Shown: in pieces, positions 37,901 to 50,709 of the stretch
Layout: each line of letters begins with the position of its first letter
Numbering within the stretch: the stretch's first letter is position 1
Assembly (NCBI GenBank): GCA_036172245.1
Contig: JAYWIR010000006.1
Span: 5,766,001-5,830,000, forward strand
DNA: 64,000 nucleotides
Direction: 5' to 3'
From: Raillietiella orientalis
Lineage: Eukaryota
Translations under genes and position numbers: made by a program
The notes under the pieces: generated by a model
What the model was told of the DNA's origin: nothing
Database searches by the model: none
Seen by the model: the letters and a program-made list of their open reading frames with translations, nothing else

Positions 37901-40572
37901 CCTTAAGCTTGCGCTTTGCTGCAGCAATGCGTCGCGCTAGCTCTCGGTGGGCAGGCGCCGCCTCATCCACCGAAACCTATGCAGTTCCTCAGCTGGTCCA
38001 TTTACTTAGTTTGCGTTTCCCTGGAGACAGGTCACGTACGGGAAAGGAAGAGGGAGGGGAGAAGGGAAGGAGAACGCAAGTCCAGTCGAAAAACAGTGGG
38101 GTTCACCGCACTCTTGCCGTTCCCATGAGCCGGTCGATGTCTTCCAATGGCAGCAGCATCTTTTCTCCTCCCCTCCCCTCCCCCCTCTCCCACCGTTCCC
38201 TTCCCCCTCGATGGAAGCACGGCAGCAGTGTGGATCTGTGGCTCTTTTTCCCTCAAGCAGAGTGGCCGCGGCCGGTTTCAGGTGTCGCGCTCGAGCTTCC
38301 GTGCCCCTTGGTCATTGTCCACCTCCTGCTGCGTTGCGCAGCTTCCGCTGCGCAAGCGTTTGCAAGAGGGATAGGGTGGGGTGGTGGTGGGTGGTGGAGA
38401 TGATGAGGGTGAGTCTGTAAGTGCTGAAGCAAGCGAGAAACGTGAAGTGCGAAAACGAAATGATGAAATGAAAAAGAAAAAAAAAAAAAAAGGAGGAAAA
38501 AGAGTAAGAAAACAATGATGTCATAATGATGATAATTTTACCGAAAAGTGTGAGCGACATACCTTGAGGGCCGAGCGAATCAGATGCATCGCATTGTGGT
38601 CAGATGGGCAGCAGCCGGAAATTCCTCTGCCGTTTTGGTCATGGTGAGATGCGATCCAAGCTCCGCGTTGATTTTCGAGGAGGAGCCTCATTTCTCTGAG
38701 TAGACGTGAACGGCTCCTGGTCATGCGTCGAGCGACATTTCGTGTTCTCGTGATTCAGTGAGGACGTGGAAAGTTTCTGCATCCACAAGGCAAGGGCACG
38801 GGGGCCTCCCTTGGTGGATGGTGGCCACGGCCGGCGGATCGCAATTCCGCGTCCGGGGAGTGAGGCCGTTGTTTGGCGGGTCACGAGCCACTTCCAAGTC
38901 CTGCAGATTTTTGCGCAGGGGGAAGGCGGCCGGAAAGTCATCTCGCGGCAGATGCGTGCCGGGTCACGGTTCCGGCTTCCCTTTTTGGTCCGTGCGTGGA
39001 ACGAAGATGAGAGAAACACTGAGTGTGACTTCTCTTCGAACGAGGGTCGAAACAACTGCCAACATGGCGACCCCCCCGCAGCGGCAACAATGGGAATCGG
39101 CTGTGCTCTGCGCCGCCGCGCGGTTTCGCGCACGCATCGGCCATCTCCTTTTCTCTCGTTTTCCCTCGCTCGCTCCGCCGCCATCTTGTTTGGGGGGTTC
39201 TCGAGCGCGCTCTCCCGTACCTCTCGGTGCTGCCTTCGCGCGCCCTCGTTCCGTCCGGACTCGAAGACGCTGCCGCTGCACCTGCCACATCTCCTCCACT
39301 TCTTCGGAAGGCGCCACCGGCTTCCCCCTTTCCGCCTTCCTTCTTCTCCTTCTTTCCAGGTCTTCTTGGACTCGCGCTCTTCGGCCCCCTCTGCGGCTAC
39401 CTCATCGACCACCACTTCGAGAACTTCCGCATCCTGGACTTCGCGCCGCTCTTCTACGCCTTCGATGTGCTCATGCTGGTCTCGGTCATCCTCATCTTCG
39501 TGGTGCCCCTCCGAAAGGACCCCTCTTTCGCCGGCGCCGCCGCGACCTCGTGGCGCGAGATGCTCTCGAGCGCCGGCGGCAGCCCTCGCCTCTGGCTGCT
39601 GTACCTCGCGGCACTGACCGTGGGCACCCTGCACGGCTGCTTCCGGAGCCACGTCTACTGGTTCCTGCAGGACCTGGGTGCCTCCAAGCTAGTCCTGGGG
39701 CTCACGCTGACCGCAGCCGCCCTCCCCAGCCTGCCCTTCATGTTCTGCAGCCACCGGGTCATCGGCTTCTGCGGCACCGTCAACGTCTTCGCCATAGGGA
39801 TGCTCCTGTACAGCCTCCGCTTCATCGGTACGCTTCAGGCCCCTACAGCTCGCCCCGTGCTCACCCCCCGTGCTCACCTGCAGGTTACGCCTTCATGAGC
39901 AACCCGTGGCACAGCCTCCTATTCGAGACCTTCGACGTCTTCTGCCTCTTCGTGCTGTGGACGGCCGCGGTCAACTTCGTCCGGGTGAACTGCCCCCAGC
40001 AGCTGGTCGCCACCCCGCTGGCCGTGCTGCACGCGGCGCACTTCGGACTAGGTCAGCGCGCGCACTTCGTGGGGTGGCGCGCCGCCCTGCCTTTCCATTT
40101 TCCCTGAGGGACGCTAGGGGGCGACCAAGCGGGCGGGGTGACCACGGGATCCTGGGTCATCCAGCGGAGGCCACCGCGCGTGCGAAGGCGGAGGAGGGAA
40201 GGGGTCCGGTCGAGGTCGTCTCTCCGCCTCCCAGCTTGCACTCGGTCCCATCCCAGGTCGAGGGCTTGGCGGCCTGGCGGGGAACCACGTGATCCAGCGG
40301 TTCGGCTTCCGCCAGCTGTGGCAGGGCGCCGCTATCGTCAGCCTGGGGACATCCATCGTTGTCCTGATCGCCTACCACGCCTTCTTGAAGATCCATCACC
40401 TGAGAAAGAAGCGCTCCTTCCGCGCGACGGATCCCGGTGAGTGGCTCCCGATTCCCCTGCTGGACTCCTCCTCGACTGCTCCGCTCCCCTCCCCTCTTCA
40501 GGGAAGGCCGTTCCCTACGAATGCCTGAAGCTGACCATTCCCGTCCCCCAGCCTGCTAACTACGTAGGATAG
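34909..40572 (+). CDS. MFSD6-like major facilitator superfamily transporter, about 601 aa. Exons 34909-34993, 35045-35878, 39360-39827, 39884-40051, 40257-40436, 40502-40572.
   Basis: MFSD6-family motifs in order: LLPLK...YYG|GLGCVYPFLTVHLRSL, ALIDKFG, TFWMYSFIR, STYGRHLLW|GLLG...PLCGYLID, VYWFLQDLGASKLVLGLT, LYSLRFI|GYAFMSNPW, AAHFGL|GRGLGGLAG. About 12 hydrophobic segments. All junctions are GT-AG, phase 1 (1806 nt). Confidence 0.92.
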
Positions 40573-43500
40573 GCCCTCCGCCGTCTCGACCGGGAGCGAC
40601 CTGAGGGGGGCATCTTGCAGTCCTCTACCCCTCCCCCGAAGACTGGAGGGACCCGGCACGGAGACGGATCGCCCTTCTGCCCCTCGCCGGGGGCGCCGCC
40701 GACCCTTCCGCCTCTCCGGCGCTTTCGCGCCCCAACGTCGGGCGGCGACCTTGCACGCAGACTCGCGGGCAGCTGCTTTTTCCTCGACGGGTGACTCTGG
40801 GACCAGGGGGCCGCCACCGCTGGGGAGGGAGATGCCTTCGGGGTGGTTTCTCTCGGAGAGAGGGGCGTGACGAACTCCTCGCACGTGCTCGCCCTGAGTC
40901 CTGTTCTCTGCCCTGCTTCCCGCATCTGCCCATTCCGCATGCTTCACGGAAGAGGAACCGCCTTCCCTACCCCCTTTCTCCCATTCTCCGCCCTCTGTGC
41001 GACAGTTGGAGCTCCCTCTCTCGGAAGCTTCCGGGCGGCTGCCGCGCGCCCGCGGAGGTCGGGTTGGCTGCTGTAGTCGCGCCTCGCCTCGCCGCAGGTG
41101 CTGCAGTCCCCCCCCCTCCCCCTGGATAAATTCTCTTCGCCTCCCGGCCAGTGAGCCCTCTTCCCGGTCTGCGCCGCAACGGGCGAAGAGGAGTGGCGGC
41201 GAAGAGCACCGAGTCGGAGGCACCTTGGAGACTCCCGCGGTGGTTTTCTCCTGCAGCAACGCAGACATTCGACCTTCCCTTCTTCCCTCTCGGATGTGGT
41301 CTCTCCTCGATGTCATTCCCGCCTTCCGGGAAGCCACGACAACGCAGGCGGCGGCAGCGGCGCCGAGGTCCTGAAGCCACCTGGAGTCCGTCGCCCTAGT
41401 TGCCCCGCCCGCTCTTCGGTTGACGCGGCCCTCAGGGAGTCCACTTGCGGCCTGTCCCCCCGGGCGGCGGCTCCGACCTCTCGTGCACCAGCGAGGACCT
41501 CGGTGGTTCTCCAGGGGTCGCCTCCGGCTCCCTGGAAACGGAAGCCAGGAGCCCTTGGTGGTCTGTCCTTCTCCCTCCCCTTGCCAGCATCTAATCTTGA
41601 GCTCTGGCGCCATCGCGTCCAGGACTCCTTTCAGGGATCAGGTCGAGAGATCGGTCGCGTCCACCTGCTTCCCGGGTGTCCTGTTCAGGCACGCAGGACC
41701 TGCGCGTCCTGCGATTCGTCCCGAAACGGTTCTGCCGCTCCCAGCTATTTTCTCTGCGGGACGCCATCCTCCATCCAGTTGTGCAGCCTCGTGCAACGTG
41801 CGGGGCCATCGCGGCGTCTCTTCGCCCACGCGGTCCCGGAGTTTCTCTTCTCGATACTTCCTGGAATCTCCTCGCAAGTGGAACTCCTTGCGACTCCTTC
41901 CTTCCCGTGCCAAGCGGTCGCAGCGAGCGCTTGAGGATCTCTTGACCGATTCACAAGCCAACATGTAGATGTCGGTTTACCGGAAGCCACCCCCTGCTTT
42001 CTCATCTCCGGCTGCTGCTCGAGAGCGAGCAGGAGCTGCTGTAAAGGCTGCCATTCTTTCCTCCTCTTTTGTTTTTTTATGTAGCCCAGGAAACTGTGTC
42101 AACCTGTGTCCGAAGCGCGACAGCCAGTTGAACACGGCCGGGTCGCACGGTCCTCGGCCGCATCTGGCTGGTGCTGAAGAACTTGGGTTTCCGAGTGGTG
42201 CTTCGTAGCCGTCTCCCTGTCGAGTAAGGATGGCTTGGGAAACTTCCCGCGGGCTTGCGGCCCCGGGCAGATTCGTTTCCCATCCAACGGCAATCGGCAC
42301 GCCGCTAGGTTTCCCGTTGATTTTATTTTATTTTTTTTCCTAGACTTTCGGGTTCACCGTTGCTTTTCGGTATGAAGTGTGGCCCGCGGGCGTTAGAAAC
42401 GGGAGCTGCACCCAGCCGCGGTTTTTCCCCACCCAACACAGCTTGGGAGTGTTCTTTATCTGGGCCAGTCAAAACTTCGAGGTGGTTTCGTCAGTTGCTC
42501 GCCTGTTGGTCTGGTCCTGTCAAGTGGATGCGTTTTCGGCAGCGTATCACGTGTTTCCGGAGCGTGTCGCCGCTGCAAACGGGTCGGCGCACAATCCAGG
42601 AGCGTCTACGCACGCCCTGGAGGTCCGGTGCGCTGCAGGTGCGGGCGCGCCACGGGTTCCCCACAATTCTCTGGAGGCAGCGACTTGGTTTTCCGGTCGC
42701 GTGAAGTGGGAAAAGTAAATAAATGCGGGAGTTTTTCCGAGGAAAGGAGGTTTTCCAGTGGTGCCGGCAACGCAACCACGGACGCTTTCACCATAGTGGA
42801 TAGGGTGGACAGTCGTGGCTTCACTCAAAGACATTTCTTCGAGTGAACACCAGGGAATGTCGACGGTTTAATGGATGTCTCTCGTCCCAGGGGGAGAAGG
42901 TTCCTGAAAACCCAGCATGGAAGTTGTGGCAAGATTTCAGGCTTGAAGTGCATTAACGGCTGCTTCATCTGTGTCTGAAAATTACAACCCTTAAAAGTGA
43001 AGGCATAGCGAGTGAGGAACGGTCGGTTCTTTTAGTTTTGTCCTGTTGATCGTTTTACCGTCGGTCCAAGAGTCCGGTCCCTTGTGCACTGACACTGCGA
43101 CAAAAGCGCGCGTTTTCTGTTCAGATTTCTGCATGTGGGCAGCATTTTTTTTTTCCCCCCATCTCGTTTATGAACATACACACAAAGAAACACATCCTAG
43201 GGGCAGCGAAAAAAGAGTTTACGCTTTACTGAGAGTAAACTTAATTCTTCTGTCCATCGCCTGTTGGCTGTTTTGTGGTCCCTGATGGAAATGGCATGAG
43301 AGAAAATTATAGGGAACCGTGAGCCGCTTCTGTGCTTTCAATCTTACCGGACAGAAGGGAGTTATCCATATTCCTCCTCTTTCGATTCTGAAGGCGACAG
43401 AGGAGACGAGCAATTAGACTGCAGCTTTGATGATGGTTCACCGGCGTAGCAACCGGAAGCGGCGATGATCTGGTGCGACACAACCCGCTGAAACCAGCTT

Positions 43501-45860
43501 TTGAGATTGCCTTATAACAAGATCTGCTTGTGATTGATGCCAGAGCTTCACGAGTGCTGAGTGTCCCATCCTGGGTTCCCCCTGAAGAAACTAACGACGA
43601 GTGAGCTACGACCACTTTCCGCTTGGAAGCCCAGCAGATTTGGAAACGGGATACTCGTGCCTGGTGCGAAGGAATGCGTTGTGAGAATTGGACTCCTAAG
43701 GAAAAGTCATCAGAGAGATGATGGAAGCTTCGAGCTCCAGTTTGCGGGAGATGGACCCGCCGGAGTAGATTTCGCAGCTTCCATGCGTGTGGCGTTGACT
43801 CGAGAGTGACAGGACACGGACTCTTCAGGGTAAATCCTGTGTGAAATTGCTGGGGTTACTGGGGCGCTCCAATCACGTGCAATACTGATGTTGGTTAGGG
43901 ACATGAAAACAGCAGGATGCATGCAGGGAACTCTTCTTCGATACCGCCTGGTTGTGGGAAAACGGCTGCAACGCGTTGGTGGGGTTCGCAAGGTCCCTGC
44001 ATTCAGAGATTCCGAAACCGTGGTCTGTTGCCTATCAGATGCGATCTGTGGCGTTCTCACAGCATAGGGAGCTTGGCGCTTCCGAGCTTTCTTCATAAAG
44101 AAGATCCGAGGTTTACTCGCTCTCTCTCGCTCTGCGCGTGCATCTGTCCGCCGATCCGTCATCTCTTTCGCTCTCCCTGCCACATCTCCGCCTGCCAGTC
44201 ATCTATCTACCTGCTCGAGTAGCCAAAATCTCCACATCTATCTTATCGAGCTATGCGGACGTGGGAATCACCTTGGACGTTGCCTTCTGGTAGCAGGACC
44301 CTTTCCACGCGCAGAAATAGACGGCACCTGCACGTGTGCACGCTTCGCCCTTGCTCCCTCAAAATTCACTGAGGTTTTTCGCCCGGTTTTTCCGGGATAT
44401 TTATTATTAAGATAATAATAAAATGCATGTCATCAACAATGGAGTGGTAGAGCACTTGGTTCTACCACCTTCGTAAAACTTGTCACGACCGCTACGGAGA
44501 CCGGAGAGATCCGTTTCCGCGGCGACGGGAAAGAGAAAACCAAAAGACAAACAAAAAGGAGGGTGGAGGTGGAGAGGGACTGTAATACGCCGGGAGACGT
44601 CCAGGATTCCGAGAAGCGGTGTTCTCATGTTGCCCAAGTGAGGTCATCTTGACGCGGTCTTCAAAAAGATCCGCGTCCAGTGGATGGCGTCCCTGCCTTT
44701 CTGGCCTTCTCTTCCACGTTCCAGGTTGCCACGATTTCGCGGACGCGGCTGGCGGCACCGCGCACGAAGGAGCGTCTGAAAATGTCTCTGGGGCCGCCCG
44801 CCTACCAGTATTTCTAGGATCGTCGGCAGACGATGCCAGAAGGAATGGCCCGGTCCACAGGTGCAAGAGGGGTCTTCTGTTCTCCGCACCTTGCACAACG
44901 GGCATCCGCACTCCCCCGTGTCCACTGGTGAAGGCGCGCTTTGCACGGGATTCCCCAATGCTACACCAGCAACGCCGGCTACTCGAGGAGGAGGGCACCG
45001 ACGTTCCAGCACGCTGGGTACCACCTCTTCACTTCCTCCGGATGGATCGCGTGCAGCTCGTCCCAGAGTGCTGCTGCCCACTATGAAGTCGGCCTTCGAA
45101 GCTGCGGAACACCGTTTCTGTTCATCTGCAATGGCAGCCAGGCAACTCCTCTCTGGACCTTTCAAAGTTCTGCCTTGTTCTCGTAGCCAGTCGCCCAGGA
45201 TCTAATCCGGGTGGAGGAAGTTCACCTCCGAAATCACTCGAGGATGGGCACCGGTGTTTCAGATGCAGGCTGACCGGATGTCGACGACGTGAGGCAACCG
45301 AGGAAGTGCGCTCCGGGCGTGGCTCGGCTGTTGGGTGCGACAAGAAAGGAGAGTTCAGAAGGGATAGCAGCGCCGTCCCACGAGGATGAGGTTCCTGAAA
45401 TAACAAGACGAACGGGAAGGTGGGTGGGTGGATCGGACGCATCGGCAGCATCACGGGGAGAGGGAAATTCCTTCCCGGCTTTCAAGTGGTAACCCTCCTT
45501 GGAGTAGCACCCAAATGTCATCTCGCGGTTCAGAGGACGAGCCGGTTGCTGCGCACTCGACCTCCGAGGCGGCAAGCTGCCTACCCGGCGCTTGGCATAA
45601 CGCTTGAGATGAGATCGCGAATTTCATCCTGCGCGAGAGAGGGACCTCCCTTCTCCGCCATCCCTTCAGGGCCGTTTTCTGTCTTCCCTGCTTTCCTTCC
45701 GGCACCCCTACTTCCCTTTCTTTTTTCTTCCTGGTTCACTTCTCAAAACCCTCGCGCGCTTGGCGATTCCTCCAGCTCTTTGACGCTGTTCCACGCCACC
45801 CGAAGATGCGCGTCGACTCTTCAAGATAGGGAGGGGCCACCCTATGGATCCAGGGGGGTC

Positions 45861-47320
45861 GTGAAAATAGAGCCGCCATCTCGTACCGTGGAGCTGTCTG
45901 GTTGGTGCCTCTCCAGAGTACAGGAAGCGCACTGCTCCCTTCAGGGAACGATCCATCAGGGAAAATCGGGAAGCATCCCTTCGGAGTTCTCTTCAGGGGA
46001 GGAGGATGAGAGAAGTGCATCAGTTCCGGGTTTGGGAGAAAAGAGGAACGGCCCCTTCCGGGGAACCCCTTTGGAGAGAACAAGGAAGGGGTTCCCTTCA
46101 GAGACAGCCAAAGACGGAAGCTGATGAGTGGATGGACTGTGAGGCAGCTAACGGATGCTGAGACCCGGATTGCCCTTTCGTGAGGGCTACAGCGCCGGAA
46201 AGAGCTGCTCGGCATTTCCAGCGGAGACCTGGAGTGGCTCCCGGCGCTCAAGAACAGCAGCAACCTCCCCATGAAGTGGCGGGAGTCGGCACTTCTGCTG
46301 TTGTACCGAGGTCCGAGGTTCCCCTACAACAGCCGGACTCTGGAGAGGGCGAGCCCGGACTATGTCAGGTGCGTGGAATAGGAGTCCCGCATCTGGAGAC
46401 TGCGTTGACTCCGGTCTCTATGCGAACAATTGCGGAACGACCTACCCTCTGGATGGCGGTTGGTACTCACAGGGTCATTTCATGGCTCCTCTTCGTGCGG
46501 GACTCTGCAACCAGCCGCAGCCCCAGCAGCGCACTGATGCGTCCGCGGGATTGCCGCAGCCTGGAGCGAAGCCGACGGAGGAAGAAACGGGAGGGACTCC
46601 GTCCAGTTCGCTTTCTGCAGATGGCGGCCAGATGGCCCCACCTGAGACCTATTCATACGGACCTAGCCGGCATCCGGGAAAGGATGCAGAGGACTCCCTG
46701 GAGTGGACAGTGGTCCCTTCTTGACCCTCCCGAAGATTTTTATTTATTCTTTCTTTTTTCTTTTTCTTTTTGTTTTCTCCCTCCTTCCCTTCCCCTCCTC
46801 CTCCCATGCTCTGCTTATACCGGACACCTGGCAGGTCCGTGGACGAACGGAGTGTGGTAGGAACGACCATGTGTCCCGCCACATTTGGTGAGTTTCCTTC
46901 AAATTCCAGAGAACGCCTCGGCGTGCTCGGGTGGGGGTTGCAGCTGACCAGGGAGGAGGATTCCCCTCAGGATTCCCCCCCCCCCCAAGCGTGAGAGGAA
47001 TAGACTGCCTCGTCCGAAGCCCGTAAGATGAGTGGCCAGGAAAATGGGAGTCGACCCTCTGGGGTCCGCCTTCCTAGTGAATCGAAAGGACGGTTGGTTC
47101 CCTTCGAGGTTCCCCTCCAGTTGTGAAAATGGGGCCGTGCTGTTGGGCTAGTCGATACCTCCCTCGGGGAAACGCTCTCCAGTGTATCAGAAGTGCGCTG
47201 CTCCCTTCGGGGAGCGACTCATCAGGGAAAATTGGGAAGCGTCCCTCCGGACTCTCTCCTCAAGGGAGAAGGATGCAAGGAGCGTATCCTTTTCGGGAGA
47301 TCCCCCTGGAGAGAACAAGG
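45861..47320 (+). repeat. Diverged ~200-bp direct repeats (about 45861-46085 and 47123-47320)
   Basis: Shared blocks in the same order: gtgaaaat, ctctccag, ctgctcccttc, catcagggaaaat.gggaagc.tccct, ggagagaacaagg. About 70% identity with one ~30-bp indel. Confidence 0.7.
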
Positions 47321-50300
47321 GCGTGGTGGTGGTTTCCTTCGGGGCTTCCATCCCAGGCGAAAGAGGAACGGACTCAGTCCTTCCTGGATTTATAGGATGG
47401 TCCCTACGGGATTGCCCCACAAAACCTGAAGAGCTACGCACACCCCTGGGTGGCGTGGACGGCGCTCAAAGAGATTCGTGAGCCCACCGCAAGGTGGCCA
47501 ACGGTTCTTCAGAACTTTGAGATCCGGGAGGGGGGGAAATAAAATCTGGAAGAAAAGGAGTGAAGCCACGAGAACCCGAAAAAATTCGCCTCATCGCAGA
47601 AAGATGCTGGTCCCACTCTGAAGCAGAGGAGCTTTCCAGGTGGGAGATGGGCGCCCCTCTTTAGGATGGACGACTCCCTCCCTCCCATCCCCATCTCCAA
47701 TCCTCTCCAGGGCTACGAGCGCCTCCGGGCGGCGCCATGGGGCTCGCGGATCCATCAGAGTCCTTCAGGCTCCACTCCCGCCGCCGCCCCCACCGCTCCG
47801 ACCTGGAACTTCGCTCCGGCGGGCGCGCCGCGGGCCGCCCTTCCGGAGCGCCCGGTCGACCCCGCTCTCCTCCTGCTGGTCAACCGGGTAACCGATCTAC
47901 CGGACCGCACCGCCCGCAGCCGCCGTCTAATTATATCCGGTCACGTCATGTGACCTGCTGACCCTGCTGTCCGGGTCACCGACCCTTCGAGTTTTCGACC
48001 CCCACCGCACGGGCCCTCGCTATGGGGCCGCTCCGCCCACCTCTCGCCGATTCGAAGCGAGCCGAAATGGCGATCAGCAAACGTCATTTCGGCTTGGAGT
48101 TTCCCTTCCGAATTTCGGGACGGCGCCCGTCGCGAGCGGTCCGCACGAAGGCGATGCAACAACGGGAAATCTGCCCTCGCTGTAGAAACAGGGAAGTCCC
48201 AGGTTTCGCTCGGTATGCTCCAAGGAAGAGAGCGCGTTGTCCTGATGTCCCGACAGTCCTTCTCTACGCCTCCGGGCGGTCAGGTGCCGGTGCACCAGCC
48301 GGCTGCGCTCACGCTCGAGATTCCGCAGGACGTAGAGCCCCCCTGCCGCGCTGTCACGGGAGCGAAGAGAAGACGGGCATCGGCCCTCGAGGACTGCCGT
48401 TCCTGGGGGGCTCTCGCCCTGCGTCGCTGCTACTCCCGGAGGTGCCCGCCTCGGGAGAGAAGCGACGGTCGGATCCTTCTCGAAAAGGGGGGAGTCTGTG
48501 CTCTCCTTCGCTCACGCAGCGCTCCCTCCTTCCTTTCGAGGAAGGCCCCCAGGTGACAGGCCACTCACCAGCCCGTGGCCCTGCAGGCCGGAAGGCACCC
48601 TCCCCCCTCCCCTCTAGTCATCCCAATCGCTCGGGGCGACCTTCGGAACACCCGGAGGAGCGGGTCCATCTTCGTCTCGCTTTCCTAGCCCTCACTTCAA
48701 AGGACTTCCGGTCCAAGGGCGCGTCAAACATCGGGCGCGCTCGCGGCTACCGGCAACTATGGCAACGGTGACGGACTTCGGCGACTTCCTGACGGCGGCG
48801 CACATCTTGGGATGGACCATTCCTTTCGCGGGTCGAGCGTGGGAGTCAGCTGCGACCTTCGCTCCGGCCTCACGGTGTGGGTGCAGCTTCCTGTCGAAGG
48901 CAACCCGCTCCCCTTCTCTTCGGGCGGGAGCAGAAGCTTGTCACTCCCCCTCCTCCCCCTTCCCCTTGCTCCCTCCCATCAGAGACCCCATCGTGCCCGT
49001 GCTTTTTTTTTTTCGGAGAGGTGGCACAGGGCTGCTGGTCCGAGATCAAGGGAGGGAGGGGGAGGCAGGGAATCTGGCACTCCGAGCGCGGAGGAGGGAC
49101 GGAGTCTGGAAGGCACGCTGTGCGTCGACTTAACCGTTTGGATGCCAGCGCCATCTCCGGGGATCATCCAAAACTAAATAGAGAGTTGCGAGAGCTCCCA
49201 AGAGGGGGCGGCGAAGCGAAGAGAGGTGAAGAGGGGTAGAAGGAAGGGAGCAGACTCTAGGACCACCAGCACGGACGGCGAAAAGGGAAGAGAGAAGATG
49301 CCTCCTGAAGTGGTTGCACAACAGCCCACGCGGGGACTAGCTTCGTTTTTTTTTTTTCTTTCCCTCAGGTGCTCCCGGATGTGGACCCACCCGACCGGAA
49401 TGGGTGGTGGCTCAGGAGTCCCGCAACCACCGCGGGGTAATCGCCACGAAGACACCGAAGCGGCGGTCCGTCCGGATGGGCGCGCGCCATGCCACCTGCA
49501 GGTCGAACCAAACCGCAGGGCGCATCTTGGAGTCGAAGATGCCCGCGGGTGCAGCGTTGTCGACCCGGAGCAGCTCAAACCCTACGCAGCCGATCTTGAA
49601 GCACGCGTAGGGTTTGAGCCGCATCCCGCACGAGCATCTTGGAGCCGACCTCTTCCCTTCTCCTGCTCCTTCTCCTTGACGAAGAGTCCTCTCTCCAAAC
49701 TCCAGGATGGCGTCCCTGCCACGCGGGAAGAACGGGCCGCTTTACACCCGAGAACGAGAAGGGAGAGCGGTGGAGAGGAACGAGGGCGATGCGGGATGCG
49801 GCTGTCTCCGAAAATCGCCCCAAGGAAAATGGGGTCAACTAGATATTTGTACCGCCTTCGGGGTGCGAGACAAGGTGACCCCTCCGCTGTTCCACAGAGC
49901 ACATCGCGAGATGAAGGGATGCACCAGGACTCCAACGGACGCGAGAAGAACAGCCGCGTTAATAGGCGTCCCGGGACGCAAAGAGGGGAAAGCGGAAACG
50001 CGCCGACGGCCCTTTCCGAATCGTTCACAAAAAAGCAGCGCGCGTGTCTTCCTCTCCTCAAGGGAGCGGACCCCTCCCCCCCCTGATCCGTGCACCGAAT
50101 CCAGACCGTCACCTGGGAGATAAGTGGAAGTTCAACAGAAAGCCCACCGATCGGGTGAGCAACTTCCTGCTAATGTCGTGAAGCATGCCTGCGCCCCACG
50201 AAGCTGCAACCGTGCGCAGGGCCGCCGCATTTGCAGGAGAGTCGGAACCATGGCAACGGAAGATTCCCTCCGCGATGACGGACGCGCACACACACAGACA

Positions 50301-50709
50301 GAGAAAGGCCATGGACTTCCACCCGACGGCGAAAGCGGTTGATGACCAGGCGAACACGTTCAGGAGAGACGGCGCAACGTGGTCAGCTACGAAAAGCACC
50401 GAGCGAAGGACCCACGGGCACATCGCCAGGGACAACGGGCGGCAGAAGACATCGGGTCCTCGCATCCGGACAGAAGACATCCAGAAGGTTCAATCCGAAC
50501 CAAAAAGGAAAGCGACAGCGCACAGAGCTGGCACCATCACCACGGTGGTGGTGGTGCGCGATCGACAGCAGCACCGCCAAAGAAAAGACCGGCAGGCAGA
50601 GCGCACAAACCACCACGTGACTTCCAGACAAAGACCGGGCAAGAATTCGCTCCTCGGAAAAAGAATACCCGGACGCCGTCTCGACACGATCGAAATCCCG
50701 CTGGCGCGG

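Noticed and set aside
38639..40107. ORFs 38639..39652 (-) and 38758..40107 (+) as separate genes
   Set aside because: They are antisense or off-frame shadows of the GC3-rich MFS exons; only the last part of the plus ORF coincides with a real exon.
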